A DNA stretch of 61,217 nucleotides, counting the filler. It is 8 parts of 8 records of this genome, joined end to end, with 100 filler letters (N's around TTAATTAATTAA, not from the genome) between each part and the next. Parts side by side here need not be neighbours in the genome. Positions count along the whole stretch, not along the records: positions 1 to 8,452 come from DRR723986_17371; positions 8,553 to 13,913 come from DRR723986_17386; 6 more parts are not named here. One strand, written 5' to 3'. The position numbers and the translations under genes were made by a program. Every line of letters starts with the position of its first letter. Positions within the stretch are counted from its first letter, which is position 1. Under the pieces are notes generated by a model, which did no database searches, was not told the DNA's origin, and saw nothing but the letters and a program-made list of their open reading frames with translations. Shown piece after piece: positions 1 to 10,397 of the stretch.

Positions 1-410
1 TATCAAACGCTATACGTCCGTGCGACTCGCGCTAGCCAGGCACGGGTAGCGAGCCCGCACGAGGAAGTCTCCGAAGAGTATCTAAGCAGGCATTTCCGCC
101 TGCAGGGGATTCCCACCGAATGGCAAATGGGCTCTGCGTGGCACACTCTTTAGCTGTCCGCATTCTGTGGCATTGGTCCGCTTTTCGCCTGCGAATCCAG
201 TATTTCTGCGGTTTCTACAACTTTCTGTCGCGTTGTCTTGTGAAGGCGGCGGTTCTTGCTTCACTTTGCCGTCCATTTTGTTGCCGTTTCTTCGCAGGCT
301 CTGGTTCCACTAACGAAAGTGGCACTGTCGCAAGTTGCTACTTTCGAACGTGAATTTTCACCACGAATGCCGTCGAACGAACACTAATTTTCCTCGACAG
401 GAGTCGATTT

Positions 411-707
411 ATGAGTTTTCTTCCTTTGATTATCAACTTGGTTTGTGGTGCAGTCGGCGGAAACGTTGCCGGAACGCTTATCAAAAAGATCAACCTGGGC
501 ACATTGGGCAATTCACTGGCCGGAATTCTAGGTGGTGGCCTTGGTGGGCAATTGCTTGGAATGCTAGGCATCACCGGCGGCGAAGCGGCTGCGACTGATA
601 TCGGATCCATCTTGCAAAATGTCGGAGCCGGTGGTGTCGGAGGCGGCGTTGTCTTGGCCGTTGTTGGTGCGATCAAGAACGCTCTAATGTCCGGCAAGCA
701 AGCCTAG
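411..707 (+). CDS. Small Gly-rich membrane protein (GlsB/YeaQ/YmgE-like)
   Basis: 98 aa with three hydrophobic Gly-rich helices (GAVGGNVAG, GILGGGLGG, GGVGGGVVL); AGGAG RBS upstream. Confidence 0.7.
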   Translation: MSFLPLIINLVCGAVGGNVAGTLIKKINLGTLGNSLAGILGGGLGGQLLGMLGITGGEAAATDIGSILQNVGAGGVGGGVVLAVVGAIKNALMSGKQA

Positions 708-854
708 AGAAGGCAGCTAGCAAGCCTTGCATCTGCGAAGCTATGCAGTGAAGAGTCCACAGTGCGGCTAGGCCACAAGCTGGCCGCCTGTTCGTTGACA
801 AGTTGCTCGGAAGGTGTTTCCAGTCGATGACGCGAAACGCCGCAACTTTGACCG

Positions 855-1901
855 CTAATTCCGTGGCGCGGTGGAGCGTACTGCGGCCAAAGCCGTGTTG
901 AGCGCCTTGGTAAGTTCACCGAGTTGTTCTTCTGAGTAGCTACGCTGCGCCGCCAAAGCTCTTGCCTCGGCCGTCCAAGGGATTTTCTTTCCCGGCGGCA
1001 TATCCTCAAGCGCAAACGCGCGGGGGCCAGGGATTCCCAACAAAGAGAAGTCATCGCCGTCGACATGAATCTCGCGATTCTCTTTCATGCCCGACGGCAT
1101 CCAGCGGATTTCGTCCTTTGAAACCCTCGGAGGGCCGTTGGCAGCATCGATCATCCACACCAATGTCGAAAGCGTCCCAGTTTTCGAGTTGATCCAAACG
1201 AAGTGACGCATTGTGAAGTCGCGATGTTCGCCACCGCGAAGCACGATCGCTGGAGCGTCAAAGATGCCGAGGCTTTCATTCATGGCGACAATCGGAATGC
1301 GATTGATCTGTTTCAGGTTTTCTCGAAAGATCGGCTTCTCAAACATGCCCATCGAGACTTTGCCAGATTCGACTTCCTGGAGAGTGGTGACTAAGAGTTG
1401 CTTATCGCGACTGGTGCTATAGCCAACGCCCAAGCCCTTCAACTCATACTTGCTGCCGTCGCTCGACCGCTGGACATCAGCCACGATGGACAAGATAAAC
1501 TTCGAAACAATCGGTCTCAAGGAAGAAGATATGGCGTTCACATCGCCGCTCGAGATCTTGGGGCGAGCGAGCAGAACGACACGATTCCACTTTTCGTTCT
1601 GCTTCGAATCATCTACCCTTAACCCTCCCGGAAGTTGCTGGAGGTACCGCTGCTGCGCATTGCCCGGTTGATACGCCAGTCCGCTGGCTAAGATGGTATT
1701 TCCTACGGGCCAGGCAACCATACTCAGCAGGGCAAATAGACTCGCATAGCATTTGCGAACTGCACCGCGATTGCGACAATCACTCATCATGTTCTGACTC
1801 ACGACTTTGTATAGCATTTTCGGCTCCCTCTCCGATCCGGTCAGCGAACTCAGATTTGAAGCTCTCACTGGCTCGATCCGCGTCCTATCAACGCATCCCA
1901 T
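855..1901 (-). CDS. Hypothetical planctomycete protein, probably exported; true start likely downstream of 1901
   Basis: Long ORF with a signal-like hydrophobic stretch (YASLFALLSMVAW); no family recognised. Confidence 0.6.
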   Translation of the reverse strand: MGCVDRTRIEPVRASNLSSLTGSEREPKMLYKVVSQNMMSDCRNRGAVRKCYASLFALLSMVAWPVGNTILASGLAYQPGNAQQRYLQQLPGGLRVDDSKQNEKWNRVVLLARPKISSGDVNAISSSLRPIVSKFILSIVADVQRSSDGSKYELKGLGVGYSTSRDKQLLVTTLQEVESGKVSMGMFEKPIFRENLKQINRIPIVAMNESLGIFDAPAIVLRGGEHRDFTMRHFVWINSKTGTLSTLVWMIDAANGPPRVSKDEIRWMPSGMKENREIHVDGDDFSLLGIPGPRAFALEDMPPGKKIPWTAEARALAAQRSYSEEQLGELTKALNTALAAVRSTAPRN

Positions 1902-1933
1902 TCAACGCACTGACGATTCTATGAGGCCTGACC

Positions 1934-2644
1934 TTGAGTAGTCAACGTAAATCGGCCAGCTCGGAAGCCCTGGTGGATCTTCAGGGGCTCGAAAAAACTT
2001 ACCCAGACGGAAACGTGCGAGCCCTGCGTGGCATCTCGCTGAGCATCAATTCGGGCGAGTACGTTGCTATCATGGGCCCAAGTGGATGTGGGAAGTCGAC
2101 GTTGTTAAACATGATCGGTGCCTTGGATCGCCCCACCAGCGGCAGGGTCGTCGTGGACTCAGAGGATCTGTCGAGCGTTGCGAACATTGACGCACTTCGA
2201 GCTCGAAAGATCGGCTTCGTTTTTCAGTCGTTTTATTTGCTGCCAAACCTGACAGCTCGCGAGAATGTCCAGTTGCCCATGTTCGGGCTGGTTGCCGCCG
2301 CGGACCGAGCGGCTCGAGCGGAAGAGCTGCTGAAGCGAGTTGGTCTGGAACAGAGAATGGGGCATCGTCCCGAGCAACTTTCCATTGGGCAGCGGCAGCG
2401 CGTCGCCATAGCACGAGCGCTTGCAAACGGGCCAGCTCTGATTTTGGCCGACGAACCCACGGGCAGTTTAGACAGCAGCAGCGGCAAAGAAGTAATGGAC
2501 CTGTTCGAGGATCTGAATCAGGCAGATGGCACCACACTGATTATCGTGACCCATGATGAGTCGATTGCTGCCAGGGCCCCCAGGTGCATTCGCATGCTAG
2601 ACGGGCAAGTTCAATCTGATCAGCGAGCGGAAACGACCGCCTAG
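1934..2644 (+). CDS. ABC transporter ATP-binding protein, LolD/MacB-type
   Basis: Walker [11 protein letters not shown]-loop GFVFQ, signature LSIGQRQR, Walker [10 protein letters not shown]-loop VTHD. Confidence 0.92.
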   Translation: MSSQRKSASSEALVDLQGLEKTYPDGNVRALRGISLSINSGEYVAIMGPSGCGKSTLLNMIGALDRPTSGRVVVDSEDLSSVANIDALRARKIGFVFQSFYLLPNLTARENVQLPMFGLVAAADRAARAEELLKRVGLEQRMGHRPEQLSIGQRQRVAIARALANGPALILADEPTGSLDSSSGKEVMDLFEDLNQADGTTLIIVTHDESIAARAPRCIRMLDGQVQSDQRAETTA

Positions 2645-4008
2645 GCGATAATGTCGTTGACGATCCGTCCATGAACATCGGTCAAGCGGAAGTCGCGGCC
2701 AGCGTGCCGGAACGTTAATCGCTCGTGATCCATCCCGAGTTGATGAAGGATGGTCGCGTGCAGGTCATGGACTTCAACCGGATTCTCGACGACGTACTTG
2801 CCAATTTCGTCGGTTGCCCCATGAACGTGGCCGCGCTTGAAACCGCCGCCGGCAAGCCAAATGCTGAAACAGTCGCGGTGGTGGCCACGCCCGTTCTTGC
2901 CTTCTTTCGTGGGGGTCCGTCCGAACTCGGTCGCCCAGACGATAATCGTTTCGTCTAGCATGCCGCGTTGCTTCAAATCTTGAATCAGCCCTGCGATGGG
3001 TTGATCGACATTGTAAGCGAGGTCTGCGTGTTCCTTCATTTCACCGTGCGAATCCCAGTTTGGCCGCGAACCCGTGTCGATCAGTTCGATGAACCGGACT
3101 CCTCGTTCAACGAGCCGTCTGGCGACGAGGCACTGCCAAGCGAAATCAGCTCCCGGCCCCTTTGTATCGCGATCCACTCCATAAAGTTTCCTGATGTGCT
3201 CCGGTTCGTCGTCAAATGTAAACGCTTCCGGGGCAGCGGTCTGCATCCTAAAAGCAGTCTCGAACGATTTCATCCGAGCTGCCAGGGCGGTGTCCATTGG
3301 ACGATTGGCCAAGTGACGTCGGTTGAGTTTTTCCGTTAGCGAAAACTCCAAATCCTGAAGCGATGCTGACTGGGCAGGAGGTTGAAGGTTGGCGATTGGC
3401 GTTTCGCCCGGCAGCACCCGTGTGCCCTGGTGGACCGCTGGCAGGAAGTCACTGGCGTACACCTGAGTGCCGCCATACGGCAGGTGGGGAGCAATCACAA
3501 TAAAACTGGGCAAATCCTGGTTGACGGTCCCTAGACCGTAGCTGACCCAGGAACCCATGCTTGGGCGCGCGAAGGTAGGAGAACCCGTGTGCATGCCGAG
3601 CGTTGCTTCTGAATGATCAAAGTGGCTAGCTAGCATGGAACGGACGACGCAAATGTCATCCATGCAGGATCGCAGGTGCGGGAAGATGTCCGAAACTTCC
3701 GTCCCGCACTTCTTGTTCGGCTTCGAACCGAACAGATTCCCCATCAGCTTGTCTTTGCCCGACCCATCGCGCCCGCCCTTGGTCGACTTCGGGTCAAAGG
3801 TGTCGATGTGCGAAACACCACCGGTCGCATAGATGAAAATGACACTCTTCGCCTTTGCAGGAAAATGTGGCTGTCGTGGCGATGTTGGCGAGTCGGTCGC
3901 TGAATCAGCCTCCGCTGCAGACAATTGACTGAGCACGCCGGGCATCAACAAGCTTGAACCAAACAGCGAACGCAGTGCAACGCGTCGGTTGAAGTCTGGT
4001 TGGAACAT
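2641..4008 (-). CDS. DUF1501 family protein with Tat-like signal
   Basis: Start reassigned to ATG 4008 (GGAG RBS; MFQPDFNRRVAL twin-Arg); motifs GGVSHIDTFDPK, RPSMGSWVSYGLG, WDSHG, EFGRTP, RDFRLTDVHG. Confidence 0.88.
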   Translation of the reverse strand: MFQPDFNRRVALRSLFGSSLLMPGVLSQLSAAEADSATDSPTSPRQPHFPAKAKSVIFIYATGGVSHIDTFDPKSTKGGRDGSGKDKLMGNLFGSKPNKKCGTEVSDIFPHLRSCMDDICVVRSMLASHFDHSEATLGMHTGSPTFARPSMGSWVSYGLGTVNQDLPSFIVIAPHLPYGGTQVYASDFLPAVHQGTRVLPGETPIANLQPPAQSASLQDLEFSLTEKLNRRHLANRPMDTALAARMKSFETAFRMQTAAPEAFTFDDEPEHIRKLYGVDRDTKGPGADFAWQCLVARRLVERGVRFIELIDTGSRPNWDSHGEMKEHADLAYNVDQPIAGLIQDLKQRGMLDETIIVWATEFGRTPTKEGKNGRGHHRDCFSIWLAGGGFKRGHVHGATDEIGKYVVENPVEVHDLHATILHQLGMDHERLTFRHAGRDFRLTDVHGRIVNDIIA

Positions 4009-4133
4009 GTGTTTCTCCGTCAAATACGCAGGTGGGGAAGTCGGGTGGGCTCGTAAGGCGGGGTTCGAAATGTGGGGCTCGAAGTGCTGAACTCGAAACG
4101 CAGGGCTGCGATTGAACAAGCAATCTAGGTGCT

Positions 4134-6608
4134 CTAGTCCAGGTACAGGAACTCGTTCATCCGCATCAGGCTGCGAATCGTGCTGGTCCAAGCTTCCGAG
4201 TCATCGCCGGCCCGTTGCCTGGCGGCGATGAAGTGGTCGCGAACCAATAGGGTCTCTTCGACGGTAGGATTGCGTGATAGCAAAAGACGAAAGGCGTTGT
4301 CTACTTTATCGTCGTCGCTCGACGCGCCTGCTGCAGTATTCTGCGCGATCAGATGGGCTTGCTCGTGAAAGAGCTCATCATTGACGAAGTATAGCGCTTG
4401 TAACGGCGTTACACTCTCGTCTCGATCACTGGTGCAAACGTTGCGATCCGGACCGTCGAAGGTTTGGAAATAGGTCTTGGCCGTCAAACGTTTGGTCATC
4501 AAGTACACGCTGCGTTTGTTGCTTGGGTAATCATCCTTGAAGGGATGATGCTGCGTGTACTTCCACTTCGTCTTCGGTGGAAACGCAAACGGCTCGTTTT
4601 GCGGTGTCATATCAAGCGTGCCCGACAGCGCCAGCAACGTGTCCCGAATGCTCTCGGCATCCAGACGCTGTCGATTAAACTTCCACAGAAAACGGTTGCC
4701 AGGATCAATCTCCATATTGTCTGACGTCGCGATGCTGCTGAGCTGATAGACGCGGCTGGTCATGATCGTGCGGTGCAGTTGTTTGATCGACCAACCACTG
4801 CGAACAAACTCAGTGGCTAACCAGTCAAGCAATTCAGGGTGCGTCGGCTTCTCGCCTCGCAGGCCAAAATCACTTGTGCTCGGTACCAGCCCCTTGCCGA
4901 AATGGCGTTGCCAAACACGATTGACGATGACCCGTGCGGTCAATGGATTGTCAGGGCTTGTGATCCACTGGGCTAGCTGCAATCGGCCGCTTGAGTTCTC
5001 AGCTACGTCAGCAGGCAGACGTTGGCCACCCAGGATGACGGGAAAACCGCGTTCGACTGTGGCACCCGGACGAGTGGGCTCGCCCTTAATCTGCACTTGC
5101 GCGTCGACCGGCTTATCGTCCTGGACGGCGTAGGCAGCCGGATAGTCAGGAAGCGACTTCAGGTGTTCGGCCAGCTTTTCACCCGCCTTCCGAGCCGTCT
5201 TTAGCAGCCGATCCAATTCATCGCGATCGCGTCTCTTTTCCTGCAGGCTTACACTACTTTCGCGTTTCGCATTCTCTAAAGCCCGCTCACGAGACTTGGC
5301 CAGCAGCCTATCGAGCTCTTTTTCGAGCTTGACTGTCTTCTCGCGATACGGCCCCAACAACTCCTTGGCTTCATTCTCCGGCAAGAGCGGAACAAGGTCG
5401 TGTTGCGTCTGGAATAGCTCGATGCCCGGAAAGGGATACCGAGTGCTCGCAAAAATTCCGTACAGTGAGTAGTAGTCACGCGTTGAAACCGGATCGAACT
5501 TGTGGTCATGACATCGGGCGCATGAGATCGTTAGGCCCATCATCGTTCGACCAACGTTATCAATGGTGTCTTCGATCGTCAGGTGCCACGGGTAGCGTTC
5601 AACCAACGAGCCGAATCGCCGCGCCATGCCCAAGTAACCGGTTGCAATGATTTGTTCCTGTCGTTGCTCCTCACCGTCGTACTTCATTAAGTCGCCGGCA
5701 AGCTGCTCTGTTAGGAATTGATCGTAGGGCACATCCGCGTTGAAAGCGTCGATGATGTAGTTGCGATACAAGTAGGCTTGCGGAATCGGGAAATCCGAGT
5801 TGTCGCCAGCGGTGTCTGCATAACGCACCCAGTCCATCCAGTGCCGGCCCCACCGCTGTCCGTACGTCGGTCGACTGAGGTAGTCGTCAACGGCACTCGA
5901 CAGCGCCACGTCGAGTCCAGTCGCGGCGACCTGCGTCTCAAACTTCGTGACTTCCTCAAAGCTAGGCGGTAGGCCCGTAAGTCCGTAGGCGACACGCCGC
6001 AGAATGGTTGCTGGCTGTGCAATGCCAACGGGCGTGACGTTCGCTTCGTGATGCCGCGCACGAACGAACTGATCAATCGGATTCGTCGACCACTCAGGAT
6101 CATCGACAATCGGAGGCGTTGGATTTCGAACTGGCTGGAACGACCAGTGCGACGACTCGGTAGCATCTTCGGCTGACGCATCGTCGCTCATGCCAAGGTC
6201 CGCCGCACCCGATGCAATCCACTGCTCGAATGCAGCAATTTGTTCGTCCGATAGCCTTTCACCATCGGGCGGCATCTGAAGGTCTTCATCCGTCGAACGA
6301 ATTCGCTGCAGAATACTGCTCTGTGCAACATTCTCGCTTACCACCGGGAATTTGCCCGAGTCGGCTTGGCGGAAGAACGTCTGCGGGTCATCCAGAGCCA
6401 GACCGCCGTTTCGTTCGTCGCCACTATGGCAGTCGGCACACGTCTCAGCCACGATCTGGCGAACAGTCTGGACGTTCGACGGGACGCCATCATCGTAGCC
6501 GTTTGCTTGGTAGGGCATTCCAAAGAAAACCGCTGCCAGCAATAGGGCAGACGGAGTGCGAGGAGCTGTCGAGCGAATTGACCTGAAAATCGACTGGCAG
6601 TTCATCAT
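4134..6608 (-). CDS. Planctomycete cytochrome c / PSD1 (DUF1549 + DUF1553) protein
   Basis: CxxCH motifs CADCH and CARCH; HWSFQP, NPIDQF, GRHWMDWVRYADT, NPLTARVIVNRVWQRHFG, HPELLDWLA. Confidence 0.9.
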   Translation of the reverse strand: MMNCQSIFRSIRSTAPRTPSALLLAAVFFGMPYQANGYDDGVPSNVQTVRQIVAETCADCHSGDERNGGLALDDPQTFFRQADSGKFPVVSENVAQSSILQRIRSTDEDLQMPPDGERLSDEQIAAFEQWIASGAADLGMSDDASAEDATESSHWSFQPVRNPTPPIVDDPEWSTNPIDQFVRARHHEANVTPVGIAQPATILRRVAYGLTGLPPSFEEVTKFETQVAATGLDVALSSAVDDYLSRPTYGQRWGRHWMDWVRYADTAGDNSDFPIPQAYLYRNYIIDAFNADVPYDQFLTEQLAGDLMKYDGEEQRQEQIIATGYLGMARRFGSLVERYPWHLTIEDTIDNVGRTMMGLTISCARCHDHKFDPVSTRDYYSLYGIFASTRYPFPGIELFQTQHDLVPLLPENEAKELLGPYREKTVKLEKELDRLLAKSRERALENAKRESSVSLQEKRRDRDELDRLLKTARKAGEKLAEHLKSLPDYPAAYAVQDDKPVDAQVQIKGEPTRPGATVERGFPVILGGQRLPADVAENSSGRLQLAQWITSPDNPLTARVIVNRVWQRHFGKGLVPSTSDFGLRGEKPTHPELLDWLATEFVRSGWSIKQLHRTIMTSRVYQLSSIATSDNMEIDPGNRFLWKFNRQRLDAESIRDTLLALSGTLDMTPQNEPFAFPPKTKWKYTQHHPFKDDYPSNKRSVYLMTKRLTAKTYFQTFDGPDRNVCTSDRDESVTPLQALYFVNDELFHEQAHLIAQNTAAGASSDDDKVDNAFRLLLSRNPTVEETLLVRDHFIAARQRAGDDSEAWTSTIRSLMRMNEFLYLD

Positions 6609-6856
6609 TTACTCGTTTTCACAGCAACTTGGCTGATTCGGTTTCGGCGTAGCAACCCACGTGCGTTGGCCCCAAAACCTCTGTCGGGCGGAACTATAAA
6701 GGATAACAGAACGCCGTCGCGAGTTGCCAGTGGTTTTGAGCTTCCGTTGGCAAAGGCGTCGACTAAACTCTGCCTTGTGGTGCCGATTTGCCCCTACGCG
6801 ATTGCCATCCACCCTCGCTCCATGAGATTCTTTGTCGAAAGTGAAACCAGCCGCCA

Positions 6857-7543
6857 ATGGAAAACGCTCCAGCGCTCCCACAGCTCAACCTTGACCTACC
6901 CCCCGAGCCAAGTGGTTCACTTCGCGAGGCAACTCAGCGACTTGGTTTGACGATCGCCGAGGATCAACTGACTCAAATCGATGCCTACTGCCGTTCGTTG
7001 TGGTCGTGGAATGAGAAAGTCAACCTAACTCGGCACACGGACTACGACACCTTCGTTCGGCGCGATTTGCTCGACAGCTACGTTCTTGCGCAGCAGTTGC
7101 AGCCCGAGGAAGAGATCCTGGACATTGGCACCGGCGGCGGAGTCCCAGGATTGGTCGTTGCGATCCTGAGACCCGATGTCACGGTTAGTGTTTGTGACAG
7201 TGTTGCAAAGAAGTCCAAGGTTGTCCAAGACATTGTCAATGAGGCCGAGATCGATGCAACGGTCTACGATCGTCGAGCGCAAGATATCATGGACGACCTG
7301 CGGTTTCATTCCGCCGTCTCCAGAGCGGCCGGCAGCATCCGGCAGCTTCTGAATTGGATGAGCGACTGTTGGATGAACGTTGACCGCTTGCTCGCCATTA
7401 AGGGCCCGCGGTGGGTCGACGAACGCGGAGATGCCCGCCATCGCGGCCTGATGAATCAAATTGATCTTAGAAAATTGATCAGTTATCCGATGCCGGGTAC
7501 CCAGTCTGAGTCGGTCATCGTCGAAATGAAGCACTCAAGGTAA
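6857..7543 (+). CDS. rsmG: 16S rRNA m7G527 methyltransferase RsmG (GidB)
   Basis: WNEKVNLT, LDIGTGGGVPG, SRA and KG motifs. Confidence 0.9.
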   Translation: MENAPALPQLNLDLPPEPSGSLREATQRLGLTIAEDQLTQIDAYCRSLWSWNEKVNLTRHTDYDTFVRRDLLDSYVLAQQLQPEEEILDIGTGGGVPGLVVAILRPDVTVSVCDSVAKKSKVVQDIVNEAEIDATVYDRRAQDIMDDLRFHSAVSRAAGSIRQLLNWMSDCWMNVDRLLAIKGPRWVDERGDARHRGLMNQIDLRKLISYPMPGTQSESVIVEMKHSR

Positions 7544-7566
7544 TGAGGCCTCGGCGAAGCCACTGC

Positions 7567-8190
7567 CTAATGTCGCCGTCGCCGAGTGAACACCAAGCAC
7601 GACAGCACGCTAATCGCTACCGCACTACTCGGCTCCGGTACAGCAGTACCGTTGAGGACCAGGGCTGTGCCGGATCCGAACGAGGCATGATCACGCATAA
7701 ATAACTGCCCGTTGACCGCCTGCGCGCTAAAACCATGTAGTCGGAAGACGGCCGACGAAGCATTCGCTAGACTTGTCAGATCAACACTCTGCAGCGATGG
7801 ACTGCCCACAAATGCGGTTAACGTTCCACCAACCTGACTGAAGGCCCCTCCATCTACAGAGACGAGAAGGTTCAACATATCTGGGCCTGAGTTTGTCCGC
7901 TCCAAATTCAATTGCAGGCTCGTCAGGTCAATGGCTGTCGTGCTGCTAAATCCCCATTGAACGTAATCATCCGTACGTCTAATTGATTGATTGGAAAACC
8001 CCGTCCAAGCTAGATCGACAGTTTGCTGCAGGTCGTTCTCACTGATAACTGCAGCAGTCACTCCTGCGGCAGCGAAATTGGCGGTCGTGCCAGTTGCATT
8101 GCCGTAGGAGAGAATTACATCTGCTTGTGTTGTTCTTACAAAACCGAGCGTAACTAGAAAGAGAACCGATAGAAAAGAGAAGAGCCGCAT
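7567..8190 (-). CDS. PEP-CTERM sorting-domain surface protein
   Basis: Start at ATG 8190 with GGAGG RBS; signal peptide ending TQA; C-terminal AVPEPSS, TM helix, RRRRH. Confidence 0.88.
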   Translation of the reverse strand: MRLFSFLSVLFLVTLGFVRTTQADVILSYGNATGTTANFAAAGVTAAVISENDLQQTVDLAWTGFSNQSIRRTDDYVQWGFSSTTAIDLTSLQLNLERTNSGPDMLNLLVSVDGGAFSQVGGTLTAFVGSPSLQSVDLTSLANASSAVFRLHGFSAQAVNGQLFMRDHASFGSGTALVLNGTAVPEPSSAVAISVLSCLVFTRRRRH

Positions 8191-8452
8191 GGAAGTACCT
8201 CCACAAAGAGTTGCACGAGCACAGCGGGCGTATGCAACAGTTTGCAAAATCCACCCCGCTTCGTCAACCATTTCCGCATAGGTGGGGTATTTCGACTAGC
8301 GACATTTAGCGTACGCACTCAATGCGGCGCCCTCCCGCTCTTTCCTCGCTGCCCCGTCAGTCTGCGGATTTCGTTGCCTACGCGCCGCATGATCAACCGC
8401 AGGTGCCAGCCTGCGGTTCCCTCGCCCCATGATCAGCCGCCTGGCGCCAGCC

Positions 8453-8552
8453 NNNNNNNNNNNNNNNNNNNNNNNNNNNNNNNNNNNNNNNNNNNNTTAA
8501 TTAATTAANNNNNNNNNNNNNNNNNNNNNNNNNNNNNNNNNNNNNNNNNNNN
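8453..8552. other. Artificial contig linker
   Basis: N44-TTAATTAATTAA-N44; stops in all six frames. Confidence 0.99.
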
Positions 8553-8990
8553 GAACAGCTTGCCGTCCAAATGGTCGATCTCATGCTGCACACAAGTCGC
8601 CCACAACCCATCAAACCCCTCTTTGTGTTCGGTGCCATCGCGATCCATCCAGCGCACCTCAACCTCTGCGGGGCGGGTGACTTCGGCGAACTGCTCGGGG
8701 ATGGACAGACAGCCCTCTTCGTAGGTGTTCAGATCCTCTGACGAGGCCAGAACCTCAGGATTGTACATCACCACAGGGCGCGGGCTTTCGTTTTCCTCTT
8801 TGTTGCAATCAAGCACGATCACCCGCTGCAACAACCCGATCTGCGGCGCGGCCAACCCAATGCCCGGCGCGTCATACATCGTTTCGAGCATGTCATCGCC
8901 CAAAGCCCGCAGCGCATCGGACAAATCGTCGACAGGCGCGGCGGTTTTCTTGAGCCGTGGATCGGGGTGCAAAAGGATATTACGTTTCAT
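8553..8990 (-). CDS. def: Peptide deformylase, 3' truncated by contig end
   Basis: [15 protein letters not shown] and QHEIDHLDG motifs; start [13 protein letters not shown] at 8990. Confidence 0.95.
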
Positions 8991-9084
8991 GCAGCTGATG
9001 TAGGCGATGGGCCTGCGCACTGCAACAGGGCTTGCAGCCACTGTATTTCCCGCTAGCTTGGCCCAAATTCCACAGGAGACCTCC

Positions 9085-10254
9085 ATGAGCTTTGACGAGA
9101 TTATCGACCGCCGCGGCACCCATTGCGCAAAGTGGGACAAGATGGAGGCGATTTATGGCGTCCCCGCCGATGACGGTATCGCGATGTGGGTCGCCGATAT
9201 GGACTTCAAGCCGCCGCAAGTGGTGCGCGATGCCATGCAGGCACAGGTCGACCACGGTATTTTTGGTTACTTCGGCGATGACAGCAAATACATCGCGGCA
9301 ATCCAGTGGTGGATGCAGAACCGCCATGGCTGGTCCGTAGAGGCCGATTGGATTTTTACCACACATGGCTTGGTCAACGGGACCGCGATGTGTGTCGATG
9401 CCTTTACCGCGCCTGGCGATAGCGTTGTGCTGTTCACGCCGGTTTACCACGCTTTCGCCAAGGTGATTAACGCCGCAGGCCGCAAGGTTGTCGAATGCGA
9501 GATGGTCAACAACAACGGCCATTACGAGATGGATTTCGACAGCTGGGACGCCCAGATGACAGGCAGTGAAACCATGCTCGTCCTCTGTTCGCCGCACAAT
9601 CCCGGTGGCCGGGTCTGGACCAAAAGCGAGCTTGAGCAGGTGGCGGCCTTTGCCAAGCGCCATGACCTGATCCTGGTGTCGGACGAAATTCACCATGATC
9701 TGGTGATGCCCGGCAACACGCATATACCGATGGCCAAGATCGACGGCATCGCTGACCGCCTGATCATGATGACGGCCACCACCAAGACATTTAACCTCGC
9801 GGGCGGGCATTCGGGCAATGTGATCATCGAAGATCCCGACCTGCGCGCCAAATTCGCGGCGCGCATGAATGCGCTTGGATCTTCGCCCAATTCCTTTGGC
9901 CTGATCATGGCGACCGCCGCCTATTCCCCCGAAGGCGCGGCATGGGTCGATGAACTGGTTGCCTACCTTGATGGCAATCGCAAGCTTTTCGATGCGGCAG
10001 TGAATGCGATCCCCGGCCTGGCGTCGATGGACCTGCAATCGACCTATCTGGCTTGGGTGGACTTTGACGGCACCGGGATGAGCCGCGAGGAGTTCACCAA
10101 ACGGGTCGAAGGGGACGCCCGCATCGCGGTGAACCACGGGCCCACCTTTGGCAAAGGCGGTGATAGCTTTTTGCGGTTCAATATCGCCACGCCCCGCGCC
10201 CGCATCGAAGAGGCCTGCAACCGTCTGGCCGACGCTTTCAATGACCTCCAGTAA
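9085..10254 (+). CDS. MalY/PatB family PLP-dependent C-S lyase / aminotransferase
   Basis: [41 protein letters not shown] before ATG 9085. Confidence 0.9.
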   Translation: MSFDEIIDRRGTHCAKWDKMEAIYGVPADDGIAMWVADMDFKPPQVVRDAMQAQVDHGIFGYFGDDSKYIAAIQWWMQNRHGWSVEADWIFTTHGLVNGTAMCVDAFTAPGDSVVLFTPVYHAFAKVINAAGRKVVECEMVNNNGHYEMDFDSWDAQMTGSETMLVLCSPHNPGGRVWTKSELEQVAAFAKRHDLILVSDEIHHDLVMPGNTHIPMAKIDGIADRLIMMTATTKTFNLAGGHSGNVIIEDPDLRAKFAARMNALGSSPNSFGLIMATAAYSPEGAAWVDELVAYLDGNRKLFDAAVNAIPGLASMDLQSTYLAWVDFDGTGMSREEFTKRVEGDARIAVNHGPTFGKGGDSFLRFNIATPRARIEEACNRLADAFNDLQ

Positions 10255-10338
10255 CCGCCCCAACGGGGCCGGTCCAAGCAGGGCACAAACCTTGCTTGGA
10301 TCAAGCGGTTGGCAAATCCACATTTGTCGAATTCCCTC

Positions 10339-10369
10339 TTGACCTAAAGTTAGGTTAAGCCCGCAAGGT
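10339..10369 (+). promoter_or_regulatory. MerR-type sigma70 promoter with SoxR-like box
   Basis: TTGACC, 19-bp spacer, CAAGGT; CCTAAAGTTAGGTTAAGC matches the SoxR box CCTCAAGTTAACTTGAGG at 13/18. Confidence 0.6.
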
Positions 10370-10397
10370 CACTCTCAGACCTTACTGAGAGACACTT

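Noticed and set aside
4009-4191. N-terminal extension of the DUF1501 ORF (likewise ORF-track extensions of def, the PEP-CTERM gene, the sigma factor, FabD-like, LysE and selD)
   Set aside because: Downstream starts have an RBS and family-typical N-termini; several extensions overlap neighbouring genes
8980-10323. 447-aa minus-strand ORF
   Set aside because: Antisense shadow of the MalY/PatB gene; no motifs
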